Source: an uncultured virus (IMG/VR IMGVR_UViG_2916515220_000006) (Duplodnaviria > Heunggongvirae > Uroviricota > Caudoviricetes). From it: DNA of 28,804 nt. Location of the stretch: the IMG/VR virus record IMGVR_UViG_2916515220_000006, one strand, 5' to 3'. Position numbers and translations under genes: made by a program. This document shows positions 16,954 to 25,016 of this stretch, in pieces. Each line of letters opens with the position of its first letter. Positions within the stretch are counted from its first letter, which is position 1. The notes under the pieces are model-generated. The model searched no databases. It was not told the DNA's origin and saw only the letters and a list, made by a program, of their open reading frames with translations.

Positions 16954-17882
16954 ACCGCCCCCATGATCTGCTTGAAGCGGGCATCGAGGTCATTGACCTG
17001 ATCCAGCAGCGAAAGCTCGTCTTCGCTCCTGCCGCGTTCTTCGGCTTCAAGTCGCCCCTGTTCGGCCAGCTGGTCGGCGCGCTCGTTACCGGCAACGCCG
17101 TGATGACCTTTCACCCAGCGGACATGAATCTTTCCAAATTTTGGAAACTCTTGCATCTTTTCATCAATGGCTTTCCAGAGGTCGACGTTCATAACGACGC
17201 GGTTCTGTGGCTCGGCGTTTGCTCCGCCCCGCTGCCAGCCTTTTGCCTTCCAGCCAGGCATCCACTCGTTGACGCCTTTGACACAATACTGGCTATCGCA
17301 CCAAATCGTCACTTCTGGCCACTCGGTGATGTGCTTCCATGCCTGCTCTAGGGCATTGAGGAGGCCGGTAAGCTCCATCTGATTGTTTGTGGTATCTGGA
17401 TCACCGCCAAAAGCCGACGCGATTTCTGCCCCATCCTCATAGACGACAACGCCCCATCCACCGACGCCGGGATTAGGAACAGAAGCGCCGTCGCAGAAAA
17501 TGTGAAGGCCCTCGCTAAACTTCTCGGCCGGAAACCTTTCTTTGATGCGCTCTTTGCGATTCCGCTTGTTCCAGTCCTCTTTCGAGAGGTGGCGAACTTC
17601 GCGCTTCGATAAGCCACTTGCGGATTTCATCTTCTTCGCTTTCCCATCGATCGCGGCAGGGATATTCCGCACCAGAATATCCTTTTCGGTGACGGCCTTC
17701 TGGATCATGAAAAGCGTCGAAGTCATGTCGGCGCCCTTATCGGGAAACTTGACGCGGGTGCCGAGCAACTGCTGTGCCATAAATGCCGCCTGTCGAGCGG
17801 ATGCAAAAGCGCGGGTGTCAGCGCCTTGACCCTTGAGATAGTCGCGCAGCGGGTGCAGCGATGGAGGGAAGGTGTATGTCAT
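16950..17882 (-). CDS. rnhA: Ribonuclease HI with a ~120-aa N-terminal extension
   Basis: IFCDGASVPNPGVGGWG, TTNNQMELTG, WCDSQYCVKG..EW..GWK, NVDLWK and WVKGH.G..GNERADQLA: the catalytic D-E-D-D residues are all present. Confidence 0.92.
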   Translation of the reverse strand: MTYTFPPSLHPLRDYLKGQGADTRAFASARQAAFMAQQLLGTRVKFPDKGADMTSTLFMIQKAVTEKDILVRNIPAAIDGKAKKMKSASGLSKREVRHLSKEDWNKRNRKERIKERFPAEKFSEGLHIFCDGASVPNPGVGGWGVVVYEDGAEIASAFGGDPDTTNNQMELTGLLNALEQAWKHITEWPEVTIWCDSQYCVKGVNEWMPGWKAKGWQRGGANAEPQNRVVMNVDLWKAIDEKMQEFPKFGKIHVRWVKGHHGVAGNERADQLAEQGRLEAEERGRSEDELSLLDQVNDLDARFKQIMGAV

Positions 17883-18088
17883 GCCACGCCCCCGTCATTA
17901 TGCTGCACGCCGAGCGCGCATCCAACGTGGCAGCCGCAAAGACCGAGCTTGATGCAGTCGCCGGCGCTCTGGTCCCGTGGCTGGCCGTTCGCAGGACGCG
18001 GGCATTGCGTGTCTTTCAACGTCGCCTCAAGCAACTTGATGCGCCGCGCCAACGCGATACGGGTCTTGATGATTTCGAGCAGGATCAT
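17879..18088 (-). CDS. Small Cys-rich hypothetical protein
   Basis: 69 aa, CPRPAN...CIKLGLCGC; ATGA-coupled at both ends. Confidence 0.6.
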   Translation of the reverse strand: MILLEIIKTRIALARRIKLLEATLKDTQCPRPANGQPRDQSAGDCIKLGLCGCHVGCALGVQHNDGGVA

Positions 18089-18183
18089 TTCCTCCTCCCG
18101 TGTTCCATCCAGAGTTTGAACGCCCAGAAGAGCAGCGTTGCCACGACGATGACGGCGAGAGCCGCGTTACCATTCAAGTTCAT
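18085..18183 (-). CDS. Small single-TM protein (32 aa)
   Basis: MNLNGNAALAVIVVATLLFWAFKLWMEHGRRK*; fills the gap exactly, with ATGA overlaps on both sides. Confidence 0.6.
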   Translation of the reverse strand: MNLNGNAALAVIVVATLLFWAFKLWMEHGRRK

Positions 18184-18437
18184 GGCGCCAACCCCGCTTT
18201 CATCACGGCGTCAGCAATGACGGCCTGCGTCTCCGCTGCCTTCACAGCGTCGTCAGCCGTCTTGAACGGGCCGAGCGGGAGAAGCTTGACGATCGATGCG
18301 CAGCGCGAGCGCTCTGCCAGCAGGGCGACGGCGACCGCCTCAGTGATTTTTCGCCAGCCGAACGACGCCGGCATAACTGAGGTCACGGCTACCGCCTTAT
18401 CCCAGATGTCTTGGGGAATGTCATCGGGCTTGTTCAT
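18180..18437 (-). CDS. Hypothetical phage protein
   Basis: MNKPDDIPQDIWDKA...ALLAERSRCASIV, 85 aa, ATGA-coupled. Confidence 0.7.
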   Translation of the reverse strand: MNKPDDIPQDIWDKAVAVTSVMPASFGWRKITEAVAVALLAERSRCASIVKLLPLGPFKTADDAVKAAETQAVIADAVMKAGLAP

Positions 18438-19462
18438 GCCACCTTCCTCGTCTTCTTGGTCTTTCTGAACCATGTGATGGCAAGTGCCTTCCAGAACGGC
18501 CATTTGTGGGTTAGCGCCAGCTGCTTGGCGGCGTCGTGATCTGCGAACCAATCGGCGGCAATCGCGGCTGTCAGGTTCTCGGCGTTGATGTCGTGGCAAT
18601 ATTCCTCATCGGTCAGCAGCAACTCGACGGCCTTGATTTGCGGCGTGACGATCGGCGCCATTTCGGCCTTCGTCAGAACCTCAAGGATGATGCGGGCTTT
18701 CATCGCGCCGCGCTTGTCCACCAGTTGGGAAATCGCATTGATTGCCACCGTGTCGCCCGGCTCGAAATTTTTGGTAGAGAACCGCAATATGCGGACGCCA
18801 GCACGTTCACATACCTGGGCGACGGTCTGGGCATCCATGTCGCCGGCGATCAGCGACGAATGATGAAGCTGCAAAGCCGTGACGGTGAGCCGGTTTGTAT
18901 TCTGCCCGACAAAGGCGGCGGCTTGCGCTGCAGTCTCCTTGGCCTCGTGGATCATCACCGGGATCTCAGTAATTCCAGGGTGGCTGGCGGCAGCGATGGC
19001 CGTATGCTGGCCATCGAAGACCTTGAGAACGGTTTGGCCGCAATGCATCGCATAAGCGCAGGCGGGCGGCTTGAACTTGTTCCAGTCCCAGCCTTCAATG
19101 ATGCGCCGGATTTGCTTCAAGCCGCGTTCGCCTATCGAGCGCTGATACATGGGATCGACAAACAGAGTTGCAGGATCGACGCTCATGCAGATCGGTTCGA
19201 TGTTCTCGGGTTCACCGACATCGAGGCCGCTTGTGCCTACGGGCTTAATGGCGCGCAGCGTTTCCACCGCTCGCAATTCGCCGGACATGATGCGAGTGTT
19301 GACCGCGCTGATGGCCAACCTCACATGCTCGGCCGCGGCTGTTGGGAACTCGCTCGCAATGATGATAGCCACGCGCTCCGCGGTCGCGTCATCGGTTTCC
19401 GGCAGGCCGCGCTTTTGCAGTTCCTCGACTACGCGGTCGGCAATGGTATGGAAATCTGTCAT
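18434..19462 (-). CDS. ParB/Srx-like domain protein (DUF6551-like)
   Basis: LFVDPMYQR, WDWNKFKPP, VFDGQHTAIAA, IPVMI and AAAFVGQN motifs. Start re-called at 19462. Confidence 0.75.
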   Translation of the reverse strand: MTDFHTIADRVVEELQKRGLPETDDATAERVAIIIASEFPTAAAEHVRLAISAVNTRIMSGELRAVETLRAIKPVGTSGLDVGEPENIEPICMSVDPATLFVDPMYQRSIGERGLKQIRRIIEGWDWNKFKPPACAYAMHCGQTVLKVFDGQHTAIAAASHPGITEIPVMIHEAKETAAQAAAFVGQNTNRLTVTALQLHHSSLIAGDMDAQTVAQVCERAGVRILRFSTKNFEPGDTVAINAISQLVDKRGAMKARIILEVLTKAEMAPIVTPQIKAVELLLTDEEYCHDINAENLTAAIAADWFADHDAAKQLALTHKWPFWKALAITWFRKTKKTRKVA

Positions 19463-19899
19463 TCGCCACTCCCGAAAAACTGAGGGAGGCACCGATGAAC
19501 ACGCTTCAGGCCCTTGGCTCGCTCGCGTTCGGAAAACTTCTCGATGCGGCGATACATTTCCTTTTCGATACGGTCGCCCACATCTTCGCCAATGCCGAAC
19601 AGCTTATCGCGCAGGGCGATTCCAGCCTCCTTGGCTTCGAATGCGGCGACGACGTTGCAGCGATATAGGCGTTCGCCCTCGCTGATATACCGGCCATTGC
19701 CTGACACAGTGAATGTGTTCGGCATTACCTTCCGCACCTGCATGACGAAGAACATTTCGTCGGCGCTGGTGCCGTCCATCCAGTGGCGGAAAGCCATTTC
19801 CTCAAGGCGGGATTCCATCGTCTTATCGTCATAGAGGCCGTAAGGCTGATGGAACGACAGAACCCAATGGCCGGGTTCAATATGAACAAGTGTCCCCAT
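19459..19899 (-). CDS. Hypothetical phage protein
   Basis: 146 aa, translationally coupled to both neighbours. Confidence 0.7.
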   Translation of the reverse strand: MGTLVHIEPGHWVLSFHQPYGLYDDKTMESRLEEMAFRHWMDGTSADEMFFVMQVRKVMPNTFTVSGNGRYISEGERLYRCNVVAAFEAKEAGIALRDKLFGIGEDVGDRIEKEMYRRIEKFSERERAKGLKRVHRCLPQFFGSGE

Positions 19900-20237
19900 C
19901 AGTTTATCTCCCCGTAGCAGATAGCCGTCATCCGGCGCGTAGGGCCGACAGTGGTCTTCTGCTCAACCATGAACCACTCTGTGTGCTCATCGGGCCGCTC
20001 GAAGGTGTTAGACGACAACAGACCGTTGCTAATCAGCAGCAAAACGGAGTTCATGACGTACAGGGAGACGAGCTCTTCCTTAGCCTCAAAGGTCTCCATG
20101 ACGTGCTCAAGGATGCGGCCATATGGTACCGGTTCCGTCTTGGTCGCCATGAAGCAGAATATTTCCGAAACGACAGCGGCGCGGCTTTCGGGAGTGAGAT
20201 CACCATGAGATTCCGTTGAAAGTTTATGGATCATCAC
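19899..20237 (-). CDS. Hypothetical protein (possible winged helix)
   Basis: 112 aa, coupled overlaps. Confidence 0.6.
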   Translation of the reverse strand: MMIHKLSTESHGDLTPESRAAVVSEIFCFMATKTEPVPYGRILEHVMETFEAKEELVSLYVMNSVLLLISNGLLSSNTFERPDEHTEWFMVEQKTTVGPTRRMTAICYGEIN

Positions 20238-20431
20238 ATTTCCCTCCGGATTTTCGTAAGGATAGAAAGAAGCTGGTCGAGGTTGTGGGGGCCGCGAATG
20301 CTGATCGATACGAGACCGCCATGGGCGTTTTCGTCTTCCTGCTCGATCATCACGTGGAAAGGGTCGAGAACCTTTACCGTGGTTGCTTCCTGGGCGTGAA
20401 TTTCGAATTCCTCAGCGCAATGCTCGCTCAT
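20234..20431 (-). CDS. Small hypothetical protein, paralog of 20428-20631
   Basis: 65 aa, VSISIRGPHNLDQLLSILTKIR. Confidence 0.65.
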   Translation of the reverse strand: MSEHCAEEFEIHAQEATTVKVLDPFHVMIEQEDENAHGGLVSISIRGPHNLDQLLSILTKIRREM

Positions 20432-20631
20432 TCCATCATCCCCCGAGCTTTCTGCAGGCCCGAAATCAACAGGTCGAGGTTGCTCTTGCCGGCTATGCTG
20501 ATGCTGACATCACCCTCCATCAAACCCTTCTCGGTAATGGAGATGAAGCCATCCCATAGTTCGACAGTGACAGGGTTTTGATGAGGGATAACTTCCAACT
20601 CAGTGGGCTTATTTTTTTTATCGATCTTCAT
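20428..20631 (-). CDS. Small hypothetical protein, paralog of 20234-20431
   Basis: 67 aa from MKIDKK (ATGA overlap), VSISIAGKSNLDLLISGLQKAR. Confidence 0.65.
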   Translation of the reverse strand: MKIDKKNKPTELEVIPHQNPVTVELWDGFISITEKGLMEGDVSISIAGKSNLDLLISGLQKARGMME

Positions 20632-20924
20632 GCGATGTGCTCTCCATAGACGCGGCACTTGAAGCCGGTGCGGTTTTCATCTGGGGCGAATTTGAAGAAG
20701 GACACGATGGCCCAGTCGTTAGCGGGCCAAGGGCAGATAAGAACGGCATTCTCGCCCATCAGATCGCCAAGCGTCTGGTCATAGGCGGCTCGTTTATGGC
20801 GCCAGCGCTTGGGGCGGGGATCAAGAGCCAAGCCGTAAGCAAGGCCGTTTGATTCACCGAAGCCGGTAAACACGAAACGACGGCCATCGGAATCCAAATA
20901 ATCACAGATCGGGCGTAGGATCAT
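20628..20924 (-). CDS. Hypothetical phage protein
   Basis: 98 aa, ATGA-coupled. Confidence 0.65.
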   Translation of the reverse strand: MILRPICDYLDSDGRRFVFTGFGESNGLAYGLALDPRPKRWRHKRAAYDQTLGDLMGENAVLICPWPANDWAIVSFFKFAPDENRTGFKCRVYGEHIA

Positions 20925-21220
20925 GAGAATCCCCCCTTCAGTTGATCGACGTGGGGCATGTCAAAGCGCACGCGGATTTGATCCACGTCGATGGCAAACC
21001 AGATTTTGAGAAAGCCATGCTCAATGAGAGACATGGTGCTGTTGAAAAGCGTTTCGTCATCGAACGCTTCGATGCAGGATTCACCAGCTACGGCCTTGAA
21101 GACCTGCATGAGCAAGTCGCGTCCGTCATTGTCACCGAGCTCTTGATACGTGCCTTGTGGCTTAACCACTCCCCACTCTAGGCCATTCTTTGCAGCGATC
21201 CTTCTTGCTCTGCGATTCAT
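20921..21220 (-). CDS. Hypothetical phage protein
   Basis: 99 aa, MNRRARR start, ATGA-coupled. Confidence 0.65.
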   Translation of the reverse strand: MNRRARRIAAKNGLEWGVVKPQGTYQELGDNDGRDLLMQVFKAVAGESCIEAFDDETLFNSTMSLIEHGFLKIWFAIDVDQIRVRFDMPHVDQLKGGFS

Positions 21221-21408
21221 CTGTAAACCTCACAGGCAAAGATTTCGCTTTCGAAAAATGACGGTCTTTTTCTTTTGTCTTCGGTCTTTTCTCGTTTTTT
21301 TTCTTTTTCTCGGTTTTCAGTCTCGGTCTTTGTCTGGGTCTCTTTCTCTTTCTCTTTATTTCCACACGGTATGGATACGGTATCGAAAGGGTATTTTGAC
21401 TGTCTCAT
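21217..21408 (-). CDS. Short Lys/Glu-rich ORF spanning the putative replication origin
   Basis: YPFDTVSIPCGNKEKEKETQTKTETE.., coupled on both sides. Resembles the origin-encoded linker of phage replication initiators. Confidence 0.5.
   Translation of the reverse strand: MRQSKYPFDTVSIPCGNKEKEKETQTKTETENREKEKKREKTEDKRKRPSFFESEIFACEVYR
21265..21396. promoter_or_regulatory. Putative phage replication origin
   Basis: Three 11-bp-period repeats ACACGGTATGG/ATACGGTATCG/AAAGGGTATTT (21364-21396) beside a ~100-nt AT-rich tract that is strongly pyrimidine-skewed on the + strand. Confidence 0.55.
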
Positions 21409-21901
21409 CAGTACAGCCCCCTTTCGCTCGGTCGGGGGAGAGGCCCACGCATTTTTGCCGCCTCACGTTCCGCATCGCGTGCGGACTTTTCAGCAGCCCG
21501 CTTCAGACGGAGTTCGTTGGACTCCTCAAACTCTTCCTCGACGCGAGCCCTTACGGTGTCGCTCTCAATGTTTGAGATGAGCCGCTGCGTACCCTCAGAG
21601 TGGTTTTCATTCATCGGGGGCTATGCTTGAACCAGCGATGGACAAAGATTTCAAAGCTATCGCTGTCGTAGCTGATCATATCGCCTTCGATTAGCGCCGA
21701 CCGCGCCGCCTGAAACCGCGGGGCTTCCCATCCCAGATCAGAGCAAGCGTACAGATCGGGCAGACGGAAGCAGCCAGCGCTGTTTTGGTGATCGCACGTC
21801 AGCAGATACAGGTAGAGAAGCTGGGCATCGCTGACGAGCTTACGGAAGCGCGAGGATTGCCAGACGTTCGGGGATACCTTTGTGAAGTCGCGCTTGCTCA
21901 T
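21408..21901 (-). CDS. Replication initiator-like protein, frameshifted at 21616-21620
   Basis: MSKRDFTKVSPNVWQSSRF..LLYLYLLTC.HQNSAGCFRLP..Y...DLGW..WFKHSP. One extra C gives SPPMNENH, joining ORF 21408-21614. Confidence 0.75.
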
Positions 21902-22059
21902 GCAAAAGCCCTCCGCACCATCTTCATGTTGCGGGCTTCCTCGACGGCTTCGCGTGCCTGAGACATGGAAAGGCAAAACCGTGTCGCCAACACTTGGGCG
22001 GGTTCCGGTGGCCACGTTGAAAGGTTGGAGAGCCAGATGGCGGCGGTGGTGGCGCTCAT
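21898..22059 (-). CDS. Small hypothetical protein downstream of cro
   Basis: 53 aa, MSATTAAIWL..LATRFCLSMSQAREA; ATGA-coupled at both ends. Confidence 0.65.
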   Translation of the reverse strand: MSATTAAIWLSNLSTWPPEPAQVLATRFCLSMSQAREAVEEARNMKMVRRAFA

Positions 22060-22298
22060 GACCGAATCCGCCGGTTCTCTTGGGCGTCCTGCGGGATCGC
22101 TCCGAAAAGCCATTCATTGTCCCAGCTCAAAGCTCGGCGCTTAACCTCGCCCCGGATGAGACTGATCTGTTCGAGAGTTGGCGATACCTCGCCAGTCTCC
22201 AGTCGCGAAACTGCCGCCTGCGCGGAGTTGATGATCTTTCCGAAATCGGCCTGGTTGACCTTCAGAATGTGGGTGCGGATGAATTTGATTGGGTTCAT
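22056..22298 (-). CDS. cro: Cro-like XRE HTH regulator
   Basis: MNPIKFIRTHILKVNQADFGKIINSAQAAVSRLETG; divergent from cI. Confidence 0.85.
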   Translation of the reverse strand: MNPIKFIRTHILKVNQADFGKIINSAQAAVSRLETGEVSPTLEQISLIRGEVKRRALSWDNEWLFGAIPQDAQENRRIRS

Positions 22299-22307
22299 AA
22301 CGGGCAA

Positions 22308-22336
22308 ACTATCCGTCAAACGGATTAAACTGTCAA
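22308..22336 (-). promoter_or_regulatory. PR-like promoter driving cro
   Basis: TTGACA-N17-GATAGT on the minus strand, overlapped by operator 22311-22325. The cro ATG lies ~10 nt downstream (near-leaderless). Confidence 0.7.
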
Positions 22337-22383
22337 TTAACCTTATCCGTTCGACGCTATTTATTTTCATCCGCAAAGCGGAT
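22311..22383. promoter_or_regulatory. OR operator triplet
   Basis: ATCCGTcaaACGGAT (22311-22325), degenerate ATCCGTtcgACGCTA (22345-22359), ATCCGCaaaGCGGAT (22369-22383). Confidence 0.8.
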
Positions 22384-22395
22384 AAGTCTGAGATT

Positions 22396-22995
22396 ATGAA
22401 AACAATTGAAAAGGTTAAGGCGATCCTACGCCTCAAGCACTGGAACCAGTCCAAGCTCGCTGAGCACCTGGGCGTGTCACAATCATCTGTCGCCCGGTGG
22501 GTTTCGGGCGTGGAACCAGAGAGCAAGCGTGCAGAGGAAATCAATGCCCTCTACCGTGACGAAATAGGCGGCGACAACGTTGTGCCGCTCGTGGGTTATA
22601 TCGGCGCTGGCGCTGAGATTATGCCCGATTTCGAGCAAATACCGCCGGAAGGGCTTGATCAGATCGTGATCCCCTTCGACCTACCGGCTGACATGATTGC
22701 CTTTGAAGTTCGGGGCGCGAGTATGCTTCCCGTGTACAAAGACGGCTATGTCATCGTTTGCTACCGTGAGCAACGAAAGCCGTTGGAATATTTCTACGGC
22801 GAAGACGCAGCGGTTCGAACGTCGGACGGCCGGCGCTTCCTGAAGACTGTGGTTAAGGGCTCTCCGATAACGCTTATGTCATTCAATGCGGCTCCGATCG
22901 AGGACGTGCGGCTTGAGTGGATCGGGGAAATTTTCGCAGTCCTACCCCGAGGAACGATCAAGCATACGCCGGCGCTGAGGAAAATACCGAATTAG
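22396..22995 (+). CDS. cI: CI-like repressor (XRE HTH plus S24 autopeptidase)
   Basis: NQSKLAEHLGVSQSSVARW HTH, VGYIGAG cleavage site, VRGASM.P catalytic Ser and FLK catalytic Lys. Start re-called at 22396. Confidence 0.92.
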   Translation: MKTIEKVKAILRLKHWNQSKLAEHLGVSQSSVARWVSGVEPESKRAEEINALYRDEIGGDNVVPLVGYIGAGAEIMPDFEQIPPEGLDQIVIPFDLPADMIAFEVRGASMLPVYKDGYVIVCYREQRKPLEYFYGEDAAVRTSDGRRFLKTVVKGSPITLMSFNAAPIEDVRLEWIGEIFAVLPRGTIKHTPALRKIPN

Positions 22996-23069
22996 AGCCA
23001 TAATCAGCACGCGCGCGCAGCCCATGCGCGGATATTTCAGGACGTCGCGTTGGTCAACATTTATATTCT

Positions 23070-23120
23070 ATCCGTCAAACAGATATTTTTCTTGCATACG
23101 CTTTCCGTTTGACGGATATT
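23070..23120 (+). promoter_or_regulatory. OL operators and PL-like promoter
   Basis: ATCCGTcaaACAGAT (23070-23084) and TTCCGTttgACGGAT (23103-23117); TTGCAT-N17-GATATT (23092-23120). Confidence 0.75.
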
Positions 23121-23147
23121 TTGCTCCACCAAACCAATGGAGCAAAG

Positions 23148-23405
23148 ATGCAGACCGATCCTCTTGGAGACGATTTCCGAGCCGCCCTCGAAAAATGGGG
23201 GCGCGATCAGGCAAATGTTATTGCCGTCGGGATCACACTTGAGCTGGCCGAAGCCGACGCTCAGATGCGCAACCACTTCATGCAACATGGAGCGGATGCA
23301 GACGAGATCGACAGCCTCGTCGTTCCGACGATGCGCGCCGCGCTTCTGAAGGAGTTGATGGTCATCGTTGAGGCGATGCAGATCAACCGCCCTATGGTTC
23401 AATAG
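23148..23405 (+). CDS. Hypothetical early protein
   Basis: 85 aa from MQTDPLG, GGAG RBS; first gene after PL. Confidence 0.65.
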   Translation: MQTDPLGDDFRAALEKWGRDQANVIAVGITLELAEADAQMRNHFMQHGADADEIDSLVVPTMRAALLKELMVIVEAMQINRPMVQ

Positions 23406-23419
23406 GGGAGCGCGAACTG

Positions 23420-24184
23420 ATGAACGCTCAAACGCCGTCGCCTCTCTCCTACAACGGACACAAAATCGCTGACAAAGGCGACGACCTTTGCCTGACAGAC
23501 ATGTGGAAGGCTTGCGGATCTCCCGCGAATAAGGAGCCGTTCAACTGGGTGCGCTTTGACGGCCGGAACTTCATCGCTGCCGTCGGCCTCGCCCATAACC
23601 TGAGCCACACACAGGTTATAAAAACCAAGAAAGGCAAGGGTGGAGCGACATTCGCCCACTGGCAGGCGGGCATGGCCTACGCCCAATACCTCGACCACGA
23701 CTTTCACATGTGGTGCAACACTGCAGCTAGGGAAAAGATGGAAGGTAAAGTCGCCTCGGGCATTCCAGCCGACGTTCTGGAACTGATCCGGCGAACTGAT
23801 GGCATCGCCAAGATGCTTGCCCACAAAGTCACCGAGATCGAAAAGGCAATGCCGCTTATTGCTGGGCAGATGGCCGAAACGTTGATCACCGCCAAACTGG
23901 CAGAGCGGAACCTGCTCCTACGCCACGGCGTCACCGCAAAGCGCATATGGGATGACTTTAACCTCACGCCGCGCCTTCGTGGATCCACTGTTTGGTTCGG
24001 GAATCGTCTTGCTGAAATGGGATGCTGCATCGACGGCGGCTTGAAGGCTGATCGTGGAAATTCCGCAGTGCGTCTTTTCGACCCTGACAAAGCGCGCATC
24101 TGCATGAAGAACGGGCTCTTGAATACCGCTTTGAGTTACGCGGCCGAGCGTCAGGGCCAGGGTAAACTAAATCTAAAGGGATGA
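23420..24184 (+). CDS. KilA-N domain protein (antirepressor-like)
   Basis: LCLTDMWKACG...EPFNW...KKGKGGATFAHWQAGMAYAQYL...FHMWCN is the KilA-N signature. Confidence 0.85.
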   Translation: MNAQTPSPLSYNGHKIADKGDDLCLTDMWKACGSPANKEPFNWVRFDGRNFIAAVGLAHNLSHTQVIKTKKGKGGATFAHWQAGMAYAQYLDHDFHMWCNTAAREKMEGKVASGIPADVLELIRRTDGIAKMLAHKVTEIEKAMPLIAGQMAETLITAKLAERNLLLRHGVTAKRIWDDFNLTPRLRGSTVWFGNRLAEMGCCIDGGLKADRGNSAVRLFDPDKARICMKNGLLNTALSYAAERQGQGKLNLKG

Positions 24185-24188
24185 GCAA

Positions 24189-24734
24189 ATGACCGAACCT
24201 ATGACACGCGCCGACCGCGACACGCTGGTCAAGATTGCCCGCCAGCGCGAGCGGGTTGCCAAGAGCGATGCCAAAGCGCGCGCGGCGCAGCTGATGGCTG
24301 ACTTTGAGAAGCAGCTTGATACCCGCTATCACTACGATCAAAACGAAATCTGGGCCGAGTCCGTCAAGGCGGCAAAGATTGCGATAGATGAGGCGCGAGC
24401 AAAAGTTGCCGCCGAATGTGAGCGACTTGGGATTCCGAAGGAATTCGCGCCGGATATCAATCTTGGCTGGCGCGAAAGTGGCCGGCAGGCCACAAAGGAA
24501 GAACGGGCCGAGATGCGCCGCGTTGCCACGAAGGCTGTCGAGGCCATGCTGAAAGCCGCAAGCACGGCGATCGAGCGACGATCCCTTGAAACTCAAGAGA
24601 AAATCATGGTCGGAGGCCTATCGACCGATGACGCCCGCCAGTTCCTCGAAAGCATGCCAACCGCGGAATCGCTCATGCCCGTCTTGCAAATCGACAACGT
24701 CAAAACGTTGCTGATCGAGGAGAAACGTTCGTGA
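24189..24734 (+). CDS. Hypothetical helical phage protein
   Basis: 181 aa, CERLGIPKEFAP motif. Confidence 0.75.
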   Translation: MTEPMTRADRDTLVKIARQRERVAKSDAKARAAQLMADFEKQLDTRYHYDQNEIWAESVKAAKIAIDEARAKVAAECERLGIPKEFAPDINLGWRESGRQATKEERAEMRRVATKAVEAMLKAASTAIERRSLETQEKIMVGGLSTDDARQFLESMPTAESLMPVLQIDNVKTLLIEEKRS

Positions 24735-25012
24735 CTAACAGCGTCTTCGCCAATTACGTGACGGGATCGGCGTTTCGCATCGATCTATCCAGCCGGATGG
24801 TAAATGCCCTCATGTCTGCGGCTGGAGGGCGATCCCTCGACACTTCGAACTATGGAGTGGATAGCCTCTTTCGCCGGGGGCTTATGGAGATCACTGAAGG
24901 GCAGCAGGGAAGGATGTACAAAGCCGTTCAGCTTACTGAAGCCGGCAGCAAGGTGGCCGAACTCTGCACACTGGGCGGGCTTGGGACTAAGGAAGCACGG
25001 GACGCCGCGTGA
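24731..25012 (+). CDS. Hypothetical protein (winged-helix-like C-terminus)
   Basis: 93 aa, SLFRRGLME...LTEAGSKVAEL; GTGA overlap with the upstream gene. Confidence 0.65.
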   Translation: MTNSVFANYVTGSAFRIDLSSRMVNALMSAAGGRSLDTSNYGVDSLFRRGLMEITEGQQGRMYKAVQLTEAGSKVAELCTLGGLGTKEARDAA

Positions 25013-25016
25013 TGGC

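Noticed and set aside
16529..17095. N-terminal 189 aa of the 393-aa ORF 15914-17095
   Set aside because: Overlaps two better genes in other frames; the ATGA-coupled start at 16528 is more plausible.
21265..21396. CRISPR array or microsatellite
   Set aside because: Only three degenerate 11-bp units and a low-complexity tract, no repeat-spacer structure; better explained as an origin.
3591..21622. Programmed ribosomal frameshifting as the explanation for the three broken genes
   Set aside because: No X XXY YYZ slippery heptamers at the sites; all are 1-nt losses in short G/C runs.
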